Shown here: in pieces, positions 14,401-26,400 of the stretch | Position numbering within the stretch: position 1 is the first letter of the stretch | How the letters are laid out: the number at the start of each line of letters is the position of its first letter | NCBI RefSeq assembly: GCF_032444005.1 | Contig: NC_091287.1 | Location: forward strand, 66,092,001 to 66,156,000 | Length of the DNA stretch: 64,000 nt | Direction: 5' to 3' | From: Ranitomeya imitator | Lineage: Eukaryota | Made by a program: the position numbers and the translations under genes | The notes under the pieces: model-generated | The model's input: the letters and a program-made list of their open reading frames with translations, nothing else | The model's database searches: none | Told to the model about the DNA's origin: nothing

Positions 14401-17400
14401 CCGTAATGCTGACATAATCGCCGTAGCCGAACAGACCAGGCAGGGCAGCTGGACCCCGGGAGAGGGTGAGGAAAAAACAAAAATGAAAAATTCACCAACT
14501 AGTGAAGATGTTACAGGAAGAGATATCTGAACGGGGGCAACTTCTAATGAATTATTATCATTTCAGTTTCAGGAAATTTCCCGGTCGATAATGAACACTA
14601 AATGCATGATGCAAGTATGTACAAACCTGGGGAATAAATGTTTGTCCTGGTGGAAATTGCTGCCTTGGTGGAGCAAAGGGTCTAATGTTGCCTGAAGGTT
14701 GGTTAAATGGAGGCATTCCCAATGGATTTGGAGCTGGTATGTTGATACGAACAGGACGCTCTCTAGAAAACCCTGGGGAGTTAAACCCTGGCTGAGGTCC
14801 AGGCTGAGGAAAGTTTGGTTGAAGACCAGATCCTGGTTGGTTAAATACTGCCTGTGGTCCAGGGTTTATCTGGTTGAAACCAGGCTGGTTAAGACCTGGT
14901 GGATTAAATGGTGGTTGAGCTCCAGTCTGATTAAATCCCGGCTGGTTGAAATTTGGCTGATTAAACCCTGGCTGGTTACCTGGAGGGTTAAACACAGGCT
15001 GAGGGCCAGGTGGATTAAATCCGGACTGAGGGCCTGGTGGATTAAAGCCGGACTGTGGACCAGGTTGGTTAAAGCCTGGCTGGTTGAAGCCTCCTTGAGG
15101 CCCAGGTGGGTTGAATCCTGGCTGTGAACCTGGCCCAGGTGGATTAAAGTTAGACTGGGGCTGACTGAATCGGGGTGGAGGGTTAAAACCCTGTCCAGGT
15201 GGATTGAATGGTGGAACATTTTGGTTAGGAACAGGGTGATTGGGATTCATAAGGGGTGGAGGAGGAACAGGAGGAGGATTTCTCTGATTGAACAAATGAT
15301 GGTTGGGAAACCGTGGCTCTGTGGGGAAACAAAAGGAGAGTTGTAAGTACAACAGAAATGTGAAAATCATGAGAAAAAAAGTTACATTCACATACAGAAA
15401 AGTTGGTCAAACCTGCCAATCATGGCAGGACTGGACAACGTTCTCAAGTGTATGGAGGTCTACTAAATATCCCCTGGCAGATATCAGGTGAAAGGAACCT
15501 ACTCTTTATGCCCAGGGGCTGTACTGACCCCTGACGAAGCCGACGCGAAACGCGCGTTGGGACTGTACTGTGTGATCGCGCTACATCTGCCACATGGGTA
15601 AGGAGTCGTACCTAGGAATTAAGCTTATATTTGAGGTAACTGGGCTATGAGAGACTTGAGATGTATAGACAAAGGAGATGTTGACTCTTTCCTGGGGGAA
15701 CTCTGGATCCCATGATATTCATTGTTATGCGCGGAGCACGTCATTTTAGATAGTGAGCAGGTGTTGGTGATAAAACAGGTCTGGTACCAAATGTTCCTTT
15801 GCTGAGCATGTTCAATATCTGTAGTGACTTCATGTAAGAAACAAATATATGTATATTAAATAAAATTGATTTTTACCTTTATAAAATCTGGGACTAGAAC
15901 TCCGTTTTTTCTGTATATGTGGTATCTTGTTAGTGGAGTGTCCTATGTTGACATTGTGGTCCCTATATATGGGGTTCCTCCACATGGAGATGAACTAATA
16001 TAGGAGGACTAGTGTTGTTCATTATGGGATTTAATTATCTGCTTATGATTGGTCAGCATCATACAAAGAGGAGTACACACCTTCCAGTGAACACTGTCTG
16101 AGAACAACCACTTGGACTCATTAGATGCCAATACTTTGATTGCTAATATGTAAGCAAAAGAAAAAAAACAATTTTCTATTATTGTGATATTAGCAATCAA
16201 ATATATATTGATTACACAGTGTTACATACTACATGGGCAGTGTTATGTACTACGTGGGCTGTGTTATATACTACGTGGGCTGTGCTATATACTGCGTGGC
16301 TGGGCAATATACTGCGTGGGCTGTGCTATATACTACTATACATATTCTAGAATACCCGTTAGAATCGGCCTACCATCTAGTGAGTGGCATGTACAGTAGA
16401 GTAGGACCCATGAGGGGGAGATCACCTTGCCGTGGTTGATGGGCACACATGAATTGGCCAATTTATGCGCTAAGAATCTCCATTTTAACTAAGTTTTATG
16501 AAAAAAAAATTATTGAAAAATTTTTTATGAAAAAATATTTTTGTGAAATGTATATTTGTCTGTGTTTTCACAAGGCCGATTCATGTACATGTGCTGCTGT
16601 GGTCTTTTTTATCTATCTATAGATAGATATAGATATATAGATATATAAAATTGTGAGCCTTCGCGGGCAGGGTCCTCTCTCCTCCTGTACCAGTTATGAC
16701 TTGTATAGTTTAAGATTATTGTACTTGTTTTTATTATGTATAACCCTCCTTACAAGTAAAGCGCCATGGTATAAATGGCGCTATAACAATAATAATATGA
16801 ATATATACATATATATATACACACATACATATACCGTATATATCCGCTCCGTCCAAAACTATGTCGGCATATGAACGCAGGTGACTCTGCATGTGTTTGA
16901 ACCATGCGGAATCACTGAATCCTACAAATTGAACTGTGATATTTATCTTGTGGAGACAGAGCGTCTCTGCAAGATAAATTAACATGCTGCGGTCTAGAAA
17001 GACGCGTCGCATGTGCGAATACACAGGGAAGCTGAAGGTGTCCCTGCATGCATAGTGGAGATGGAATTTCATAAAATCCCATCCACTATGCTGTAACATC
17101 TGGCCGCTGCGGCTATACGCAGTGTCCAACCTGCAGCGTATACGGGCTGTGGAAACATTCCCAAAAGAAACTATACTTACTGCCCAGAATTCACCCTTTG
17201 CTCAAGCTCTGCAGATCTCACAGTCTCTGCCAGACCAGAAGAGGTGACCTACGCGACGAGGCCACTGGTTGGCTGCAAAGTCAGGTGGATAATGGTTAGG
17301 AAAGTATTTGTTCCAGTTGGGCGGAGAGGCAGAGCTGGAGCGAAGGGCGGGGTTAAGCTTTAGATCAGTGTTCCCCCAAGTTCGGTCCTCAAGAGCCACC

Positions 17401-20400
17401 AACAGGTCATGTTTTCAGTATTTCTTTAGTATTGCAGAGGTGATAATTGCATCACCTGCACAGGCAATAATTCCATCACCTGTGCAATACTAAGGAAATC
17501 CTGAAAGCATGAATTGTTGGTGGCTCTTGAGGACCGGAGTTGGGGAACACTGCTTTAGATGGTAGAACACTTGGCCAAGATATAAATATTTTAATATTCT
17601 CACAAATTATATATTGAAGCACATTCTTGAATAATCTAAGAAGAAAGAAAATAATTTCTGAAATGGTTGACCTCCAATGAAGAACGGTTCTCGTTCAGGC
17701 TGTGGTGGTGGCGGTGGTGGAGGGGGTGGATTTCTCCATGGTTCCTGCAGCCTTGGCGGCTGATTGAAGTTGCCCGGCACAGGATTTGACGCAGGCTGAA
17801 AGTCCTGCATGCCCTTTTGAAACAAATAATAGCATTCATAAGGCTACAAGAACGTGCAGATGAAACAAGTAAAAAACTTGAAGTTAACAAAAAAAAATAC
17901 TTCTGGAACAAAAACATAAAAAGCAACTTCGGTCCAAGTCATCAACAAACGGCTAATTTAATAGAAAAAAAGTCTTAAGAAATCGACAAATTCCTCATTA
18001 AAGAAGGCTTTTGGCTTCATAATATGCCAACCATCCCACCACCTCAATAATAGGAGATAAGGTAGCCCTAATCCTTTTATAGAATTACATTCTATTTTTC
18101 TGGCTCTTTTATCCCCTTAAATATCCGTCTAGTTAAGAAATTAACATTCTCTCGCACACAATCACGACACAAATTATACTTTACATTTCCACATCTCTTG
18201 TTAATTACATGATGCTATCTGCAGTAATCTATTCAAGGCCTGCAGATAACTTGGCCTACCGGTGAAAAGAATGGAAACTTAGCATAAATTGCTTCGCACA
18301 CAGTTAATCTTAAAGAGAAAACCAGAAAAAAAAAGGAAATCTAACAGCTATTATGAGACTTATCAGCTTTACGGGAAGGGTCACTTCTACTTTCATAGGA
18401 CTAATTAAATGTGTTAAAGTCTTTGTAACTTAATGAATCTTTCAATAAATGACTTCCAACGTCTACAACATGTTTTCATTTATTAATTTTGCTCCGTATG
18501 CCGGTGTCCTATTAGAATTCTAATGATGGTTAAACAGGGTCAGACAGACAATTGAGAACGGGGCTTAGAGATTAATGACCAATATAGCCGGCTATGCAAA
18601 TTCAATTCTGTATTCCGAGAATTAAACACTTTTTAAAAGTATTTGCTCTTTAACTTTGTGTTAGCGATCCGTCTTCTGAGGGCCCTTATGGGATCTATTA
18701 GTGGGAAAAGCAAATGAGAACATAGGAATGGCATCTTCAATAGAAAATAGTACTGTGTGCTGACCTTGAAGGGACGGCCTCCTACCAATATTATAGCATA
18801 CCCTCTTTTTAACATTTTAGAACTTACAAGGGTTTGTCCATCACTGAAAGTGTCTACAGGATGGGGGATGATTCTGGTTCGGACCCCCACCGATCCTGAG
18901 AACAGAATGGAGCATGGTTTGGTCACGTGCGCTACCAATCTATTCTCTCTCTATGGCAGTGATCCCCAAGCGTTCTTACTTCGAGGGCCACATTTAGCTC
19001 CGAGAGACGGTTGTGAGACAAAGTCAAAGCCCCCAAATAGTGACATCCAGATCATGCCTCCCCCACAGTACTGACACACAGAACCCCCGATACCGGTATA
19101 ATAACAGCCAAAGGTCTCCTACACAAAACACAGCAAGGAAGTATATTTGCATTTATGGGTTTCCACCTTACCCCTCCTTTAGTATTCTCGAATTAATCAC
19201 CAACTTTATCGTCCTATGTCCAGCTGAGCACTTAGTTTATCTCTCCACACCTAAAGAAAGTATGAGCGCATACAAATCTGCTCTTATATGAGGGGCTACT
19301 TACAAAAGTCACCGTCTGGAGACCTTTTCTTAATAGCTGCTGGGTAAACTTATTGCTAATGCACCAAACTGGCAGAAAGCTGCGAGCCACATGTGCTCCC
19401 GAGGCACAGGTCGGAGATCCCAGCTTTATGGAACCGCTGGAAAAGCTGAACTCTGCCATCTTCGATATTCTAATAGAGAATGAATAGACCACTGGTGCCT
19501 ATCCACTGTTCTGATCCAATGAGACAAATAAGAAGCCCATTCTTGGGACTGGAGGGGGTCCCAGTAATCAGAAAGTTATTAATTATACACATTAGAAGAA
19601 TGTGGGTCAAACCTGCAAATTTCATTTATTTAGATGTCTATTTTGACTCTCACCCAAAAGCCAATCTCAAGGGGTGGGGGGGGGGGGGGGGGGGGAAGGG
19701 TCAGGCACGATGAGGTCTGCCATGGAGAACATATGTATGAGCGGTGGAGGGTGCATGTGTACGTGGGGCAGGAGGAGAAGCTGCTTGAATAAGAGCAATT
19801 TAAAGTGTAAGACTAACTTTAGGCTTGAAACAAATCATTTTTTATGACCCACAGTCATTTAGTTTTAGAGCAAGAGTATACAATTTATCTTAAAACTAAT
19901 CTACATTTAAAGGATATGGACATCTCTGGGGGCAATTATTATTCTTCTGCTAAGTGCATTAATTTTGGGCTAAAAATTTTTGCTGTTGGATTTCATTAAA
20001 AAAAAAAAAGAAGTAGCATAGTTTGCCTTCTATTTAGCCTGTGTGGCAATATTATTGGCTGCAGAATGCGTTAAATGGTGTATTCTCAAGTTATTATATT
20101 GCTTTAATCAGTTAAACAAGCATGAAAATGAGCAAGTTTGCAATGGACTTGCTTTTACGATCGGCTTAAAGGTAACCGGATTAGAAGTGTTTCTGCGCTC
20201 TCTGGAATGTTAAGTTATAGTAGATAACATTGCAGGTTTATTGTCAACGTGTTTCAGAGTCCACCGACTCCTTCCTCAGGACAACCATACAAAATAGGCT
20301 ATATACAAAAACTCGTCTCAGAACGGTTACCTTTATTCATGTTCTATGGAAGCTGCTGCATCTGGTCTTCAGGCTCTTTAAGTGTTATGTCTCACACAAC

Positions 20401-23400
20401 CTTACAAGGGGAGCGGTTTTAACTTTATTCATCAAACTTTTCACCTGGATAAGACCCTATTGCACTCTTGCATTTCTTTAGTTTTACCATCTGCTGTCAT
20501 TTCTCCTGCAAGTAGAGCTTTTATCTCTCAGTGTACAGCTGGTTTCCATGGAGCTTACCAACCAAGTGTGCACAGCCGTTATATTCCAGGAGTTAACCCC
20601 TAACATACCAGTTGGCTCTTTCCAGCCAATTAATTTCTATACAGCAGTTAGCTTCTCACCTCTCTCCTACTTCCAAACAAGCCACTGTGAAATCTTGCAA
20701 TATTATCAGCCGGCAGCACTGGCTTCTACCAGAGAAGTTCCCCTAATCACAGCTCAAACTGACTCAACCTTTGTGCTTGCTCAAATGCCCTGTTATCTTT
20801 AAAAGGGGTATTCCCATCTCCAAGGTCCTATCCCGATATGTAGTAGGTGTAATAATAATATTAGAAAATATCTCCAATTCGAAATCTAGTATAGTTTTTC
20901 TGATTAGCTATACCTTTTTCCTCATGTGCAGGCACTGCAGAACCATAGGCATCCATGGTTATGACCACTGATATAGTGACAGCTAGTTGCTAGTGGAAGT
21001 AACCATGGGTATTTAAAGGTCCTGCAATGCCTGCACATGAGGAAAGACAGCAAATCAGACAAACTAGGCTACATTTCTAACTAGAGATATTTGCAAATAT
21101 TATTACACCTATTACATATTGGGATAGGATCTTGGAGATGGAAATGCCTCTAAGTGTTAGTATAGAGATAGAAGTAGACTCCAGAACAAACTACTAACAT
21201 TCCTGATCCTTCACCCCACAAACACTTGAAATAGTAAGTCCGATGGAAATTACTGTATTTTCTGGCGTATAAGGGTACCGTCACACAGTGGCACTTTTGT
21301 CGCTACGACGGTACAATTCGTGACGTTCCAGCGATATCCATACGATATCGCTGTGTCTGACACGCAGCAGCGATCAGGGATCCTGCTGAGAATCGTACGT
21401 CGTAGCAGATCGTTTGGAACATTCTTTCGTCGCTGGATCTCCCGCTGTCATCGCTGGATCGGTGTGACACCGATCCAGCGATGCGTTCGCTTGTAACCAG
21501 GGTAAACATCAGGTTACTAAGCGCAGGGCCGCACTTAGTAACCCGATGTTTATCCTGGTTACCATCGTAAATGTAAAAAAAAAAAAAACACTACATACTT
21601 ACATTCCGGTGTCCGTCAGGTCCCTTGCCGTCTGCTTCCCGCACTCACTGACTGCCGGCCGTAAAGTGAAAGCAGAGCACAGCGCGCTGTGCTGTGCTTT
21701 CACTTTACGGCCGGCAGTCAGTCAGTGCGGGAAGCAGACGGCAAGGGACAGACACCGGAATGTAAGTATGTAGTGTTTGTTTTTTTTTTTGGTTTTTTTT
21801 TTTTTTTTAACGCTGGTAACCAGGGTAAACATCGGGTTACTAAGCGCGGCCCTGCGCTTAGTAACCCGATGTTTACCCTGGTTACCCGGGGACCTCGGCA
21901 TCGTTGGTCGCTGGAGAGCTGTCTGTGTGACAGCTCTCCAGCGACCACACAACGACTTACCAACGATCACGGCCAGGTCGTATCGCTGGTCGTGATCGTT
22001 GGTAAATCGTATAGTGTAACGGTACCCTCAGACTACTTTTTAACCCCTGAAAACTCTCTCAAAAGTCGGGTATCGTCTTATACGCCAGGTGTCGTCTTAT
22101 AGGGCAGGTGCGGAGTAATCTGCGGTCGCCGCATATTGTGGGGGGAGCGACCCCAATGACGAGGTGAGGGGGCACCTCACCGGGAAGGTGTAATTGAAGC
22201 AGAGGCAGAGAAGGAGATAATAGGATACAAGGGAGAGCCAGATTAGTTAAAGAGGAGTGTTTTTCTAGGCACAGCATCGCTCTCTCTCTCTTTTTTGCAT
22301 ACCCCTGGCATCCCAGACGCTGACAGTTTGCTTCACTGACACCTTCCTGGTGAGGCGCTCCCTCACCTCGTCATCGGGACCACTCCCCACCACTATATAC
22401 TTCGACCGCAGATTGCTCCGCACCCACCCTATAAGACGACACCCGGCATATAAGACAACCCCTGACTTTTGAGAAGATTTTATATTTTAACTGGAAAAGC
22501 TGGGGGTCGTCTTATATGCCCAGTCGTCTTATACGCCGGAAAATACGGTACTAGTTCTGTTGACATTTATCTACTGAGTATAGCCACCTTTCCACAAGGC
22601 TTACACTGTGATTACCTGGAACACAACACTGATAACATTGTGATATTCTGACTCTTCCTACAGATCTCATTAGGACATTAATCAATGCCTTAGAAAGCAT
22701 TTTTAGTGGAAAAGTGGCAGACACTCTTCTGTATTAAAGGTTTCCAAACCAGAAGCATAAAATAGCATGGTGAATGCAGCCTTATTCAGATGAGCCAACG
22801 GCTGAGGGGAATTCATTGATATGATTAAATGTGATGGTATGATAATGTATGGTAATTGTAATTAATCAGAGGCCCACCAGCAAGTGGAGGATGTGCAGCA
22901 TTATGTAAGCTGCATCCCGCCTGTACCAGCCTGAGCAGATCTGACAGCTGGACCCTTCTCTTGCTGCATCTGCTCAGCAGCACTTACACATCGGATGTGA
23001 CAAAATGCCCACTGCTACTCCTCCACTTCAGCAGCCATTAATATTAAGATTTACTACGTGTGTGGAAACAGGAGGTGTCCAAAAAACAATACTTCATGTG
23101 GAATCCAATAGACAGAACGAGCGGTATGTGATGTCCTTTATGACTGTGGACATAGCCAGGCTGGGACAGCATCATTTCCATGAAATGCCATGTAATCTTT
23201 GAGCAGGAAAGGTCAGCCCCTGCCACCTGATACCATGGCCCCTGTACAGTCCGTGGCAAGCCAGGGACACGGCAACTTCTGTATCCCAGAGGAAACAAGC
23301 TTACAGGACCAAAAGGAGCCCACAGGAATGAGACATAAGGTACCGTCACACTAGACGATATCGCTAGCGATCCGTGACGTTGCAGCGTCCTGGCTAGCGA

Positions 23401-26400
23401 TATCGTCCAGTGTGACAGGCAGCAGCGATCAGGCCCCTGCTGTGATATCGCTGGTCGGGGAAGAAAGTCCAGAACTTTGTTTCGTCGCTGGATCTCCCGC
23501 TGACATCGCTGAATCGGCGTGTGTGACGCCGATTCAGCGATGTCTTCGCTGGTAACCAGGGTAAACATCGGGTTACTAAGCGCAGGGCCGCTCTTAGTAA
23601 CCTGATGTTTACCCTGGTTACCATCGTTAAAGTAAAAAAAACAACCACTACATACTTACCTACCGCTGTCTGTCCCCAGCGCTCTGCTTCTCTGCACTCC
23701 TCCTGCACTGGCTGTGAGCACAGCGGCCGGAAAGCAGAGCGGTGACGTCACTGCTCTGCTTTCCGGCTGACCGGCGCTCACAGCCAGAGCAGAGAAGCAC
23801 AGCGCCGGGGACAGACAGCGGTAGGTAAGTATGTAGTGTTTGTTTTTTTTACTTTAACGATGGTAACCAGGGTAAACATCGGGTTACTAAGCGCGGCCCT
23901 GCACTTAGTAACCCGATGTTTACCCTGGTTACCGGCATCGTTGGTCGCTGGAGAGCGGTCTGTGTGACAGCTCTCCAGCGACGCTGCAGCGATCCGGATC
24001 GTTGTCGGTATCGCTGCAGCGTCGCTTAGTGTGACGGTACCTTAAGGTTGTCCCAACCCGCCAGTATCAGCAGGATCGGTCAACATTTTAAGAAATATAG
24101 AGGCGGCCGTACTCTTACCAACAGATGAGCTCCGGACAAAAAAGGACAGAACATCTGGAATGTCAGGGGCGGAGCTTTTATTTAGTGGTTTTATAGAGGC
24201 TTGTGGGACCTGCGCTCTCAGAGAAAATATGGACGTTCGACCGAGCCAAGTGTTCTGGGAGTCAGGAGACACCGCCATCAGCTGAACAAAAGGTTGACCG
24301 CAGTCTGATGTATACAGGGGTCTTAAGACACCAATTCATCAAAACTAGAGTTTTGTACACCAGTCTTGAAGATGGAGTTGCCCGTTAATCAATCTGTCAC
24401 CATTGTAAGAAATGTACTTTAGTCAGGAAATACAGTACTTGTGTCGTACCGTACACTTTTTTCGATAGATGAATTTAAATCAGCAGCTCTGACATCCGGC
24501 ACCCCACCACTCGGCTGTGTACAGTGCTGACATCCGGCACCCCACCCCTCAACTGTGCACAGCTCTGACATCCATAACCCCACCCCTCAGCTGTGTACAG
24601 CGCTGACATCCAGCACCCCACCCCTCAGCTGTGTACAGCGCTGACATCCAGCACCCCACCCCTCAGCTGTGTACAGCACTGACATCCGGCACCCCACCAC
24701 TAACCTGTGTGCAGCTCTGACATCCATAACCCCACCCCTCAGCTGTGTGCAGCTCTGACATCCAGCACCCCACCCCTCAGCTGTGTACAGCGCTGACATC
24801 CAGCACCCCACCCCTCAGCTGTGTACAGCGCTGACATCCAGCACCCCACCCCTCAGCTGTGTACAGCACTGACATCCGGCACCCCACCACTAACCTGTGT
24901 GCAGCTCTGACATCCGGCACCCCACCACTCGGCTGTGTACAGCTCTGACATCCGGCACCCCACCACTAACCTGTGTGCAGCTCTGACATCCGGCACCCCA
25001 CCACTCAACTGTGTACAGCTCTGACATCCAGCACCCCACCCCTCAGCTGTGTACAGCGCTGACATCCAGCACCCCACCCCTCAGCTGTGTACAGCGCTGA
25101 CATCCAGCACCCCACCCCTCAGCTGTGTACAGCGCTGACATCCAGCACCCCACCCCTCAGCTGTGTACAGCACTGACATCCGGCACCCCACCACTAACCT
25201 GTGTGCAGCGCTGACATCCGGCACCCCACCACTCGGCTGTGTACAGCTCTGACATCCAGCACCCCACCACTAACCTGTGTGCAGCTCTGACATCCGGCAC
25301 CCCACCACTAACCTGTGTGCAGCTCTGACATCCAGCACCCCACCACTCGGCTGTGTACAGCTCTGACATCCGGCACCCCACCACTAACCTGTGTGCAGCT
25401 CTGACATCCGGCACCCCACCACTAACCTGTGTACAGCTCTGACATCCGGCACCCCACCACTAACCTGTGTACAGCGCTGACATCCAGCACCCCACCACTA
25501 ACCTGTGTGCAGCTCTGACATCCAGCACTCCACCACTAACCTGTGTGCAGCTCTGACATCCGGCACCCCACCACTAACCTGTGTGCAGCTCTGACATCCG
25601 GCACCCCACCACTAACCTGTGTGCAGCTCTGACATCCGGCACCCCACCACTAACCTGTGTACAGCGCTGACATCCAGCACCCCACCACTCGGCTGTGTAC
25701 AGCTCTGACATCCGGCACCCCACCACTAACCTGTGTGCAGCTCTGACATCCGGCACCCCACCACTAACCTGTGTGCAGCTCTGACATCCGGCACCCCACC
25801 ACTAACCTGTGTGCAGCTCTGACATCCGGCACCCCACCACTCGGCTGTGTACAGCTCTGACATCCGGCACCCCACCACTAACCTGTGTGCAGCTCTGACA
25901 TCCGGCACCCCACCACTCAACTGTGTACAGCTCTGACATCCAGCACCCCACCCCTCAGCTGTGTACAGCGCTGACATCCAGCACCCCACCCCTCAGCTGT
26001 GTACAGCGCTGACATCCAGCACCCCACCCCTCAGCTGTGTACAGCGCTGACATCCAGCACCCCACCCCTCAGCTGTGTACAGCACTGACATCCGGCACCC
26101 CACCACTAACCTGTGTGCAGCGCTGACATCCGGCACCCCACCACTCGGCTGTGTACAGCTCTGACATCCAGCACCCCACCACTAACCTGTGTGCAGCTCT
26201 GACATCCGGCACCCCACCACTAACCTGTGTGCAGCTCTGACATCCGGCACCCCACCACTAACCTGTGTGCAGCTCTGACATCCAGCACCCCACCACTCGG
26301 CTGTGTACAGCTCTGACATCCGGCACCCCACCACTAACCTGTGTGCAGCTCTGACATCCGGCACCCCACCACTAACCTGTGTACAGCTCTGACATCCGGC

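Noticed and set aside
14699-15127. Trp-rich 142-aa plus-strand ORF
   Set aside because: Antisense shadow of the RBM33 repeat exon.
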